59,760 nucleotides of DNA, filler included, from Pirum gemmata (GCA_002812295.1; 9 parts of 9 records of this genome joined end to end with filler, not necessarily neighbours in it); one strand, 5' to 3'; counted from the whole stretch's first letter, positions 1 through 12,400 are shown. A program made the numbers and translations. The notes: generated by a model not told the origin, from the letters alone.

Positions 1-57
1 TTATTATTATTATTATTAACTCATCTCTATTAAATTTTAATTTATATTTATATTTAG

Positions 58-1164
58 AACATAATCCTAATGGTAAAGGGTACGAGGGATTTAAAATTTC
101 GTATTATACATTTGGAGCACGTGACGCCTGGAATGATGACGGTCAATTTAATGCAGCTGGAGTACCTTTTACTCAAGAGTACTTGAAAAAATATAACCAT
201 GCCTGGGCATTTAGACCTCAATATCTTACTCTTCGTGAAGCAGGTAAATAACTCGTTTAATTATTAGTTTTAGGCAGCGTTCATAAATGACCTCACTCTA
301 TTTTTTGGAGCTCCTTTCCCTCTCCTTCTACGAGTACTATATCATTATCAAAATAATGACCCCTCCGGGTAGGTTGTATTTTAGTAAATTTGTTCAAGCT
401 TTTTGGTAAGAATTGGTATAGTTGATTATTATATTTTACATTTTTTTTTTTTTTTTTTTATGTCAGGATTGGTAATAGAGATTAGAATATTCATTAACCA
501 AGATTTATTAATAAATATAATAACACAGGTGTATTCCCTCAAGTTGAAGTATTAACACCCACAGTTGGAGATTTCACACCCGAATATTTGAATTTATACA
601 AAAATAACTGTGAGCAGTTTTGGATCCATATTTCTAATAGTGACTATCAAGGTTTTTTTTCTTTTTCTTTCTTTTCTTTATTTATTACCCTTTTTTTATT
701 TTATAATTCTTATATTATACTAATTTTTACCTGAACATAAGAAAACTCGAGCATTTTTTTTTAACTCTCAAAAGTTGAAATTGTCCAGCCCCTAATAAGT
801 AAAATACTTACTTGCATTGTCATTATAGCATTATTGCTGTTTTAATTGTTAATGGCTTATAATACTGGCACTTCATTATAGAAATTATATCTGTCATTGT
901 TGCTACGGATAATGTCGTTATTATATCCTGTTTGTTGTTACTGATATTGTTTTTGTTGACAGTTAACAATTAAAACTTTGCCGTTAAAAAACCCTTTTTA
1001 TTTTAAGGAATGGAGGATATGGTTTCTGATCCATCTGGGGTGGGGCTTGAAAACAGAAATTTTATAGTCAAAAAAGCAATCGAATGGAATGTTAAAGGAG
1101 TTGATATTAATTTTGAAAGTTTTGCTGACTACACAGTCCAGTTTGTCGCGGATTTTGCAGAATG
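58..1164 (+). CDS. GH18 chitinase-like glycoside hydrolase, partial (exons 58-243, 529-651, 1008-1164)
   Basis: Three AG/GT-bounded exons splice in frame: HNPNGKGYEGFKISYYTF...LREAG|VFPQVEV...SNSDYQG|MEDMVSDPSGVGLENRNFIVKKAIEWNVKGVDINFESF. The GVDINFE motif resembles the GH18 DxDxE catalytic strand. The 5' end is off-window and no further 3' exon was found. Confidence 0.65.
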
Positions 1165-1182
1165 GTATAATTATTATTATTA

Positions 1183-1215
<33 letters not shown>

Positions 1216-1221
1216 GTTATA

Positions 1222-1275
<54 letters not shown>

Positions 1276-1349
1276 GTTATTATTATCATACGTCACTCTA
1301 ACACGTAAAAATGCACTAATTTATTTGGTACTTTTTATTGTATATTTTA

Positions 1350-1682
1350 TTGTTACCCGACCGAGACGTTACACTCGATCTTGGCAATATCCCCACGATT
1401 GATTGTCGAAATAAAAATAATTATAACATTATCGCTTTTCATAAACATTCACATTATTCGGCCTTTTTTTTGGAACAAACAAAAAAAAATTATCATTTAA
1501 CTTTTCACAAATTACACCCCGAAATGTCGTTACAATTCGTTCACTTAAAACCGTGGCACAAAATCATCGTGCGCAATGACCAACATCGTATTCTCCACCG
1601 ATGGGTCAATAACTCTAAGTACCCACGCTATTTTACCATGAATCGACAACAATTGCCACCTTCGTCTGTTCGGTACCTTTAA
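1350..1682 (+). pseudogene. Unassigned coding-like fragment, first piece of the viral mosaic
   Basis: Open frame LLPDRDVTLDLGNIP...VRYL with higher GC/CpG than host intergenic DNA. It has no ATG start and begins at a truncated MITE piece (1320-1350). No family recognised. Confidence 0.35.
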
Positions 1683-1848
1683 GAATGGTAATTCGGGCTT
1701 TGAGAAACCTGTGAAAATTAGCAAAGAGCTTTCTGATTTTGCTGGTTGGCCTGAAGGTGAATTAAAGTCCCGTAATGACGTTACTCGTTTACTGTGCGAT
1801 TACATCAACGAGAACAAGTTGCAAAATCCCAACAATCGTTCTTTTATC
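1681..1848 (+). pseudogene. SWIB/MDM2-domain gene fragment of giant-virus (NCLDV) type
   Basis: Frame from 1681 reads KNGNSGFEKPVKISKELSDFAGWPEGELKSRNDVTRLLCDYINENKLQNPNNRSFI, the SGF.KP..IS.EL..F.G.....SR..VT..LC.YI....LQNP..R..I SWIB signature. No start codon and the domain is cut before its C-terminal part. Absent from the ORF track. Confidence 0.85.
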
Positions 1849-2253
1849 GGTGAAGAGTTCTTTGAATTCGGTAAGAAATAGGGTTAGCGTTTTAGTAAAA
1901 TTATCAATATCTTTTTCCTTTAAAGGTAATTTGATGAGAGATTGTGGTAAGGACAACACGGCCTCGTGATCAATATCGTGTTTGGGACCCAAAAATTTAG
2001 TTAAAAGCGGTTTGTGTTCTTTTAAAATTTTGAGAATGATTGGGGATGGTATGTTATTTTTAGCTCCCGTTTTATCCCATCCAGATTGCCAATCAATGTC
2101 CATGTCACACATTTTTGTTTTTACAAAGTGTTCCATCAATTTACTATATTTGTTGTAATGACGGTAATCTTGCAATTCGAGAAATAAACTGACCAACAAT
2201 ACTTTAAAATCAGCGTATCGATCAAAATAGTTACTCATAAAGTACCCTAAATG
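1840..2253 (-). pseudogene. Internal fragment of an iridovirus/pimascovirus-type Ser/Thr protein kinase
   Basis: LGYFMSNYFDRYADFKVLLVSL...DIDWQSGWD...QSLIKLPLKEKD...FLTEF resembles the G.F.S..FD..AD.K..LV / IDW..GWD / QSLI.LPL region that I recall following the catalytic core of irido-like viral kinases. The ATG at 2238 is probably an internal Met. Both ends are truncated. Confidence 0.7.
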
Positions 2254-2296
2254 CCCTTATTGTCGTGTTGAGGTAAAAGGAAAATTTGCTCATTAA
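2240..2296 (+). pseudogene. RING-finger C-terminal tail fragment
   Basis: KYPKCPYCRVEVKGKFAH*: CPxCR is the last ligand pair of RING domains. Very short. Confidence 0.45.
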
Positions 2297-2678
2297 AGAA
2301 TCAACCAATAACCAAAATATAATTTCCTTTTATAATGAAATTATTACAGACACCAATGGTGCTAATATTGTATTAAAATAAAGATTTTATTGATTTATTT
2401 ATTATTTATTATTGATTTATTTATTATTTATTATTGATTTATTTATTATTTATTATTGCTATTTTTAATTATAACTTTTTAATGAAATTAAGGTCAAAGT
2501 TGCCTTATCAGGATTGTTAATTAATTACTTTTTAAATGCAAAATAAGAATAAGTGTATTGTAAGTTAGATGGCAGAATCGGTTTTTCAATTTGAAATCCA
2601 TTTTTTGTCAGATTTTTTACTTTGGGTGACGCGTTGACGTATTAATATAATTCCTGTTACCAAATTGCCTTTACTAAG

Positions 2679-2948
2679 TTAATCGTTTATAATAAATGTA
2701 AATGTTTTTAAGTCTAAACTTCGGGCCAACTTGTAATCATCATCTATGCGTTCTTTTGTTGTATTGAAAATATTGTTGGCATTAACTACTGTCATTTTCG
2801 CATTAAATCCCCCATTCGTTACAATCGGTCGGTTATAGGTTTTAACAAATTTTTTATTTTTGAATAAATTTATAAGTTTAGTAAAATATTCCTCTTTCGT
2901 CTCGAGTTGCGGGTGAAAATACCTACACTGTAACGTTTTCGTGCAATA
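2679..2948 (-). pseudogene. 3' fragment of a CCCH zinc-finger gene, NCLDV-like
   Basis: 89-codon open frame without a start codon at its 5' end: YCTKTLQCRYFHPQLETKEEYF...LARSLDLKTFTFIIND*. C-x5-C-x3-H is followed by HP..ETK..Y, as I recall from irido-like viral CCCH proteins. Confidence 0.55.
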
Positions 2949-3867
2949 TTAACTGTGTTTATCAATAGGGCATCGTAAAAAAAAACCGAACGAGCTTTTT
3001 TTTTTGGAACGAGTGAATGTTTTTTTTGGTTAGTCTGCGAAAGAGTGGTGATCGAAGTTCAAAGCGAGTGAGTATCGGATAGACTAATTAAACAAATAAA
3101 TGAACGAGTGAACTAAAAAAAAAAGTGAGTGAGTTTTTTTTACAATACACTGACCTCAGGTAGTAAAAAAAGTAGTAAAAAAGTTTGCTAACGTTAGATA
3201 AATATGCATAACTAAACAAAATAAATGAAAAGCACAATACAAAAAATCGTTAACTAACGTTAAAATTCTAGTCCTCTTTGCTAATTTTCAATTTTTTGGC
3301 GCAAAAATAGAAAGATATATGAGAGTGACGTATGACATCATTAAATAGTTACTGAAAGTCTGGAAAAAAATCGCAAATTTAGTGCGCATTGGTTAGTGAC
3401 ACTTTTTCCAAAAAAAGGGATTTTATCAATTAAAAAGAGTTATTAACCTTAATAAGGCAGTACACTAACCATAATTAGTGCACTCATTTGCGAAAAAACA
3501 CACCTTTTATCGCAATACCCTCTCAGTTCTTATCATATAAAAAAAAGTAGGATGTTCGAAACTGAAAAAAAAAATTGATCAAAAAAAAACTGGGTCAGTG
3601 AAAAAAAAAATAATTAGTAAAAATGCACTAACTACCACAGTAGAGTGGGGGGGTAGAGTAGGGCATTATAATAATTATTATACTGTACCAAATTATTATT
3701 ATAGGGCATGTTTTAATTAATTTGGTATTTTATATTTAATGTTGTACTTTATAAATAAGTTCAATTATGCACTTAAACAGTACCAAATTGAGGATTAAGA
3801 GATTTCGACGATATCTATACCGGTAGACACTATAGACAGTATATATATAGACCCCCTATATCAGTGT

Positions 3868-4075
3868 TGTGTATTTCTTTACAGTTGTCCTCTCAATATT
3901 TAATTTGGTACTGTTTAAGTGTATAATTGAACTTGTTTATATAATACAACATTAGGTATAAAATACCAAATTAATTAAAACATGCCTGATAGTTTAACCA
4001 TAATAATAATTTGGTACAGTATAATAATTTTAGTTTTTGAACTGAACAATTGCAATACTATTGAAAATCACGATA
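3868..4075 (-). mobile_element. MITE family B copy
   Basis: Matches 52115-52319 in reverse. It forms an inverted pair with a partial copy at 3686-3800; another copy lies at 5090-5257. Confidence 0.75.
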
Positions 4076-4242
4076 GCTCTAGCTAGACGGGTCTAGCTAG
4101 CACTTCTAATATCGTTTATTTCATCATTGAGTCTAGCTAGTAGCTAGCTAGACTAGACTAGCAAGTTTTTTTATTTTTTTCTATGATAGATTTTTTTCTT
4201 TGATTTTCCTTTCACTTGTTCTTTTCAGTTTCTTTTCTAATA

Positions 4243-4402
4243 AAGGAATCATCTATAAAGGACGTTACCTAATCTTATGATACCTACCTATGCCTCTTTG
4301 CCCAAAGCACTTTTGGTCATAATTTTAAAGTTCATTTTAATAATTAATTACTGCCTAAAACAGTTTAAGTCACACTTTCGAGCAATGACTTCTATCAAAG
4401 AT
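4243..4402 (+). mobile_element. MITE family C copy, right end missing
   Basis: Matches 49434-49610. A related element with GGGAACATTCATTAAT..CGTCAC ends follows at 4564-4718, with another at 23935-24050. Confidence 0.7.
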
Positions 4403-5434
4403 ACTCTAACTAGGTCTAGCTAGCTACTACCTACTAGCTAGTATTTATTATAATCTTATTATAATATGATATATATATAAATCAGTCTACTCTAGCTAGC
4501 TAGCTACCAGAGCTAGCTACTAGTAGTAGAGCCTAGATCTCAAAAAAAAAAAAAAGATCTGCCTAGGGAACATTCATTAATAACGTCACTTTTTGAAATA
4601 CTCTTTTTATAGATTTCCATTTTAATTACTTAGATTGCAATCTAAAGCTTATAATTTTCATCTGATATGGCCAGAAGGTGTGAGGAGGGTGTTTATGATG
4701 ACGTCATTAATGAATTCATTAGTAGCTGCTAGCTAGCTCTAGAGAGAGATACGGGAAAACATAATCGAATCAAACAGCTCGATCCTAATTATTAAATAGT
4801 GACAATTTGAAATGATATTCTTTTTTTTTCGAGTTTCGAGTTTTTTCTATAAAATTTCTAATGAAATCAAAAGTGAGTTAATACTTAGAATCAGATCGAA
4901 AAATTTTGAAAGTTTCGAACTAGTCTCGATTCAAGGATTTTTTCCCCATCTTCTAGCTAGAGGAAAAACTAAAGTCGTTAGAAAAAACAGTGAAAATTTT
5001 TGTGAAAATTTGACCAATTTGACCGTGAAAAAATCCATCAAAAAAAAAAAAAAATCCTTGACACAAAAACAAAATCCTTGACTCAAAACATACCAAATTA
5101 TTATTATGGTGTAGCTATCAGACATTTTTTAATTAATCTGGTATTTTATATTTAAAGTTGAATTTTGTTAACAAGTTCAATTATGCACTTAAAAAATACC
5201 AAATTAAAGATTGAGACGACAACTCTGAGGGCAACTGTAATGAAATAGACGGACGATATTTAGACTATTATTATATTATAATTATTATAATAATTTTTAA
5301 TAATATAAATAATCCCACTCTGAATAAATTAAAAAATAGAATAATATTAAAATTTTTAGAATTCATCTTGACTTAATAAACACACTTTTTTTTACTTTTA
5401 TTATTAAAACCCAATTTAACATACAAACAGCAAA

Positions 5435-6420
5435 ATGCCATCCGTTTTTGAAAAAGTTGAAGTAGCTCCTCCTAATGCGGTGTTTGCAGTTTCTTCTGCA
5501 TTTAACGCAGACACTTTTGAGAAGAAAGTGAACATGGGTGTAGGAGGTATGTTTTGTTTGTTTTGTTTTATTTGTTTTGGTTGGTTTATTAGTTCGTTGG
5601 TTGGTTGTTTTGTTGTATGCTTGTTATTTTGTTTGTTTGTTTGGTCATTTTGTTTGTTTTGTTGTTTGTTCGTTGTTTTGGTTGTTTGGTTGGCTGATGT
5701 TTGTTTGTTTGTTTGTTTGTTTTGTTTTTTTGTTTGTTTGTTTGTTTGTTTTGTTTGTTTTGTTTGTTTGTTTGTTTGTTTGTTTGTTTGTTTGTTTTGT
5801 TTTTTGCTGTTTTGTTGCTTTGTTGCTTTGTTGCTTTGTTGCTTTGTTGTTTTGTTGTTTTATTGTTTTATTGTTTTATTGTTTTGTTTGTTTTGCTGTT
5901 TATTGTTTATTATTTATTAGTATTGTTTGTTTTATTTATTTATATTGCTTATTATTTTTTATTATAATTGTTTATTATTGTTTATTTTCATTGCTTATTA
6001 TTGTTTGCCAATATTGTTTATTATCGTTTATTATTGTTTTCCAGTATTGCTTATTATTAGCAATAGTTTTGTTGTCACTGCTAGTTTTGTTTTTTGTTGT
6101 TTTTGTCTGTTTGTTTGCACTTGCTGTTGGTTATTGTGTACGTTTTTTTGTTTATTTTTGTTTATTTCTCTACCCCCTCTCTAACCCTTCCAACCCTAAC
6201 CCCAACCTTAACCCCTACCAATCCCACTAATCCCACTAATCCCACTAATCCCACTAACCCACTACAACTTTAACCTTAAGCTTATCGCGATAATGATGGT
6301 AAGCCTTGGGTTCTTCCGGTGGTTCGTAAAGCTGAAAAGCTGATGGCTGATGATGAAAGTAGAGTTCATGAATATTTGCCAATTGATGGATTGAAATCTT
6401 TTACTTCTGCTATGGCCAAG
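5435..6420 (+). CDS. GOT1: Aspartate aminotransferase, cytosolic type, 5' part (exons 5435-5546, 6281-6420)
   Basis: MPSVFEKVEVAPPNAVF...KKVNMGVG|AYRDNDGKPWVLPVVRKAE...HEYLPIDGL is the canonical AAT N-terminus. The GT-AG intron is filled with (TTTG)n. The gene is cut by the contig end. Confidence 0.95.
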
Positions 6421-6568
6421 GTTATTATACCTATGATTATAACTATGATTATAACTATAACTATACCTATAACTATACCTATAACTATACCTATAACTAT
6501 ACCTATAACTATAGCTATAACTATAACTATAACTATAACTGTAACTGTAACTATAACTATAACTATAA

Positions 6569-6668
6569 NNNNNNNNNNNNNNNNNNNNNNNNNNNNNNNN
6601 NNNNNNNNNNNNTTAATTAATTAANNNNNNNNNNNNNNNNNNNNNNNNNNNNNNNNNNNNNNNNNNNN
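6569..6668. other. Artificial contig linker N44-TTAATTAATTAA-N44
   Basis: Identical 100-nt linkers at 6569, 13253, 19954, 26534, 33216, 39845, 46477 and 53133. The 12-mer gives stops in all six frames. Confidence 0.97.
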
Positions 6669-7069
6669 TAATAATAATAATAATAATAATTTTAACAAAA
6701 ACTATTAACAGTGTAAAATATGATATTGCTATAGTTATCATTTTAATATATATATAATTTTAACAAAAACTATTAACAGTGTAAAATATGATATTGCTAT
6801 AGTTATCATTTTTCTTTGATATTTCTCAGAATGTTCCACGAATTCATTATAAATGTAATATTATTCTTTATGTGTAAAAATTGTTTGCCTTTATTATACT
6901 ATTAATAACACAAAATAGATAATTTATAGTCAACAAATAAAAGAAAAATATTAAAAATCAAAATATAAATATTTACTTTTAACAAATATTTACTTTTTGT
7001 ACTTTTTCAAAAGCATCTCTTTCAACATACCCTTACACAACATATCTTACACAAAGTGTTAATTATTAT

Positions 7070-7108
<39 letters not shown>

Positions 7109-9426
7109 TTACTTCAAAAAAAAACTGTTAATGGAATAACTCATAGCATCGGAGCCTTCCCACGCGCATTTATCTTCAGTAACAGTGTTATCGTAAAATT
7201 TAACAGCAGGTATTCCGTTATATTTATAAGTGTTCAATATAGTAAAATGTTTACATTTATCCTCTTGTGTACACTTTAATTTTGCGTTGTCTAAGGTTGC
7301 CCATTTAAATTCATAATAGTCTTGGCCTTGAAAACGCACTTGGCCTTTTGGACAATTAGCAGTAAAAGAATGGTTATAAATACATTGTTTTTTACAAGAT
7401 TCTTTAACTTCACCTGACGGACATTCTTTACCACCATATGCAGCTGGAACCGTAATAGAAACTTTGCAAGTTTGTTTACCATCCACTGTGTGATTAGATT
7501 TAATATTAAAATCGCAAGTACCTTCACATTGACCAGTGCAAACTTTTTTGAAAACACAGTCCACCGGAGACCTAGGCTTAACGTAAGTTGCAAATTTCGC
7601 ATACTTTTGCTCAATGTTACAAAATGTATATGCAGAAATAAAATATACTTTTCTGAAATCTGTTACAAAACCTTTACATTGACTTTCGTTTTCACAAATC
7701 TGAGCAGCTTTTGCTATGGTTAATTTATGAACCAATCTCCCGTTATATTTCCAGTATTTCGGTTGACTGGGAAGACCATGGCATTTATAGTTTTTTGCCC
7801 ATTTAGGGTTTGGTTCCAATGGTAGTACAGGTTGGGTCACACTTTTTTTATACAAACTTATTTCCAGTTGTTTTTCTTCACAAGATAATTTTGATCCTAT
7901 GCATATTTATAGAAATATTGAGTTAATGTTAAGTCTCTTTGTGGTTCCGGTTGTGGTTGCGGTAGTGGTTGTGGTTGGAGTTGAGGTTGGTTGCGGTAGT
8001 GGTTGTGGTTGGAGTTGAGGTTGGGTTAGGGGTAGTGGTTGTAGTTGTGTTTGGGTGCGGGTATGGTTGCGGTTGATGTGGTTGTGATATATTTTTAGAT
8101 ATACCTGCAGAGCCTGTCTTGGCTTTGTAAAAGTTCCATGCTGTATATCCATAATACTGGTGTCCTATTTTAGCTTTTAAACTTGCATATCCAACACAAT
8201 CATTATCCTTTCTGCATTTCTCGTATGCCCCATATCTGTTATAAAAAAGAAAATAGACCAAAAATGTCCAAAATAATAAGATATGATAGTGATATTGTTG
8301 TAACAAGTAAAAACAAAACTGAGGTAACAATGGGATACGTAATACTAAAAATAATTATAACAAAACTAATAAAAAAACCAAAACTAATAACAAATAATTC
8401 CAAAATAATAAGATATAATAGTGATATTGTTGTAACAAGTAATAACGACCAAAAATGTCCAAAATAATAATATATAATAATTGTTGTTGTAACAAGTAAT
8501 AACGACCAAAAACTAAAAATGAAGTACAAACTAAAGTTAAAAAAATAATGAATTACCTTGTTAATTGAGGTTGGAATGAATATGTTTCAAATTTAGAAGG
8601 ATCGGGTGTCCCCGAGCATAATTTTTGGTCAGCTCCCGGTAAGCTTTCTTGAAGTTGTATTTCCGTCACCGTGACATACGGCTTTGCAAATAATTTAAAC
8701 TTGGAAATAGGGTTATTGCAAGTAATTGGAGCAGGACCATTAATAACAGTTGTATTTTTCAATTCGTAAATCTGATAATGTTTGCCTGTCACATCATATG
8801 AAAACCCAACACATTTATCGGATTCTTTGCACAAGAGGTGAGCTTTAGTTAAAGACATTATTTTTGAAAAGTTTAACAAGTAATCGTTAACGTTACTTAA
8901 TCCTGTACACTTTTCATTCTTAACCCAGTAAGGAAGAAGGTTTCTAGCTTTCTGTTTCTCTACGTTAACAAATAACATATAGTTAGGATCAACTTTATCG
9001 CAATCCAGTGGAACAGGTGCATTGGACTGTGCAGTTTTTTCTTCATAAAACTCATAATTATTAACACCGTACTTATCAGCACCATTATCTACCGCAAATC
9101 CAAGACATTTATCGGATTTAAGACAGAAATTATACGCTTGAACTCTGGTTAAATCGCGTTTCACAATTACATTGTATTGGGATGGGCTGCTCTTTCCGGT
9201 GCACTTTTCGTTCAGTGCCCAATTATCAATAAAATAGGTTACCCGTTTAATGCCTTTACTTTTTAACTTACTACAGGAACACAAAGATTTATAATTCGAT
9301 GCCTTGGTACCACAAAACCCGGAGCCTGACACATCGGCATTAGCGTTAGAATTGGTATTGATTTTATAACCACATGGCAAGTCGGTGCGATCGTAAACGT
9401 TGAAATTGAAATTGGCCCCTTTAGAA

Positions 9427-9469
<43 letters not shown>

Positions 9470-12400
9470 TAATAAGTTTATGATTTCGTTATTATAAAAA
9501 AAATCCCTAACATGGATCAATATTTCGAATAATATTTGCACTCTAATATTTGTTCAATTTCATTATTATTATTATTATTATGATTTATTATTATTATATA
9601 AAAAAAACCTAACCTGAATCTTTTTCTCGAATCATATTTTTACAAATATCTGCACTGTAATATTTGTTCAATTTCTTCATGAAGTCTTCATTACAGGTCA
9701 TACTATTTCTCAAACAAGTTGTTTCACACGTTTCATTTTCATTTGAAACAGGAAACATGTCAAAATTAACTTTAAACGTTATAGTTTTGTTAACGTTAAT
9801 CTAGTTCAAGGTTTGATAGTAATTATAAGTTACCAAATTTATTTGATTAATGTTAATAGTAGTAACAGGATATATGTAATATGTAATATGTTTTAATTAA
9901 AAACCAAATTAATTTGATTAAGGATATTATATGGATTAAATTTTAGTTTTTTTTTTTATAAACCAAATACCTTAATATCAGAAACTGACACACCACTATA
10001 ATAGAAATCCTTGTTGGTTTTCCCAAGAACATTTCTTAGTTCAGTACCTAATTTAAAAATAATAATATACAAATAAATATTTATTATAAGTGTTCGAGTT
10101 CTTTGAAAATACAAAAATACAGAAGTATAAAATGAGAGTGTATAGTATTTTTTGTGGATCATAACTAACCCGGTGAGAAAATTTCAGAGTCGCTCATAGT
10201 AACTTTCTGTTTACTCCACCCTCTCCTTTCTAATTTAAACTGTCCATCAGCCTGAATAAAACTAAAATGATAATAATAATTAAATAATAATTAAATAAAA
10301 TAATAATAATAATAATAATAATAAATATTATAGAAACCTTAGCTTTGTTTGATAAGTTGCATAATAGATTATATCGATATAATTAAATAAAACATAGAAA
10401 CCTTAGCCTTGTGGGATGCAGATAATTAGCTGGGTCATGTACATTATCGTTGGTAGGGTAAAGTTCCCTTTCTTCTACTGTGCTTTTTTTTAGGTTTTCA
10501 TCAACATGCCATATGTATAAACCTTATAATATTAAGTAATATTAATAATTAACTAACTAATAGTAACAATTAAAGATTTTCTTCAACATGTGATATTATG
10601 CAGAGACCTTATTAATTAATGTAAACAATTTACAACACATTACATTATTAAAGTGGAATAATATAATAAATAAAACCTTGTTGTCTAGCACTTTCACTTC
10701 CTTTTCCTCCCCGGTTCTCGATTAGTAAGTACTCTCCTATGAGAATAGTAATGATTCATGGTTTTAGTAATGGATGGCTGTACATATGATTGTCATTGTG
10801 ATTATGATTGTAATTGTAAAATATGATTTTAAGCACATATTGTAATAACTAAATAAATATGTTATTGTAAATATACGTACCGTTTTTGAACCCTTTGGAA
10901 ATTTTGAAAATTTCATTACTTCCAACTGACTGCTTAATGGTATATTTACCTTCCTCATTGATGGTCTTAGTTATGTTAGCCCTTTGGAATGGTAATTATT
11001 ATTATTGATTTTAATATTAGCAATATTATTATTATTATTTATAAAATTTATCCTTATTCATAATATTGATAATTTATTAGTTATATCATTATTCATATTG
11101 ATATGTAAATGTCTTACCATCCCCACATTATTTTTGTGATGGGAGTGTAGTGAGGCAACTCGTTATTCCATCCTGTAAACATCATCAAGGCATATCTTCC
11201 CAAAGCAAAATCATTGTCATTGTTGACTGTATAGAGATCAGTTAGACCTGTAAATCATTAACGAATAAGTTAATAACAAAAAATGACAAATTTATATTTT
11301 TATATCCAAAATAAATCCATATATACTATAATACTCTGATCACAACAATCAATATTCAACAGCGAATCGAACAATTACCTAAAACATGACCAAGTTCATG
11401 GAATTGACCATTAATGTCACCAAATACGATTTTTTTAAGAGAATTCCAATACTCTATTCTTGTAAGTTTATCAGGCTTATTAGCCGGTTCATCAGATATA
11501 CCATAAGCACTGTATTCGCTACCTTTAACAGTCTTTCCCGTATCATCAGTAAATGTGTGGTCAACACCACCTCTCATGTATCCACCTACATATATTATAT
11601 GATAACATAAGTTTAACCCTTAGCCATAATCCCAATGCTAATGCTAACCCCTAAACCCACCAATATTTTTTTGATTAACAAATATTAACCCCTAACAACT
11701 GAAGTTTGCTTACCCCTATCCCACCTATATTTTTTATATGTAATCCCTAACCCACCTATATTTTTTATGTGACTAAGAATTATTGGGTTTGAATAATAAT
11801 GGAAGTTTGGAAATACAAGATTGGGATTTTATTAATACCAGAATCAGGGAAAGTCACATAAAGTATACAATCGATCTCTCCATCTGCATCTGAATCAACT
11901 TTTTTTCGATCGTCCAAAGAAAGCGAATTATAAGCGTCTTTTAGAGAATCTTGGTATCTACATTAATTTTATCAAAATAATTTTTTAATACAGACACTTT
12001 TTTATATTTTAAAATAGACCTTTAGTAATATTACATTAAAATTGATTTTAATACGATATTTTTTTACCTTTCGTCCTCGATTTCATCTGCAGTCCAATTG
12101 GATTCTACCCAATTAGAAACAGCTCCATTAAGCTCAAACTTTCCTGATATTTATAAATGTCCCCAGATTTTGTTATAATTAGTTATTTTCATTTTATGTT
12201 CTTTTGCCATTGTTTTATTAATAGGCTTCAAGGTTAGAGTTAGGGTTAGTGGTTAGTGGTTAGTGATTAGGGATTAGTTAGGGTTAGTGGTTAGTGGTTA
12301 GTGGTTAGTGGTTAGGGTTTACGATTAGGATTAGTATTAAGGTTAAAGTTACCGTTGGACATTTCTCTGGAAAGCTGAGTAAGACTACCAATACTGTTAC

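Noticed and set aside
1089..1301. Poly-Tyr / poly-Ile ORFs, and similar ORFs at 5577-6230, 20006-20913, 21622-22156, 26578-27047, 28485-28913, 32177-32467, 33724-34414, 37343-37617 and 38435-38739
   Set aside because: Translations of microsatellites or telomeric repeats, mostly intronic or intergenic.
1789..2238. 149-aa ORF as a complete gene
   Set aside because: The start looks like an internal Met of a kinase fragment, and the last about 17 codons are the antisense of the SWIB fragment.
2386..2460. 22-bp repeat x3 inside the viral mosaic as a CRISPR-like repeat
   Set aside because: Head-to-tail AT-rich units without spacers. No repeat separates the viral fragments and no cas genes are present.
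6613..6624. TTAATTAATTAA as a biological repeat or recombination site
   Set aside because: Always centred in N runs; a synthetic six-frame stop linker.
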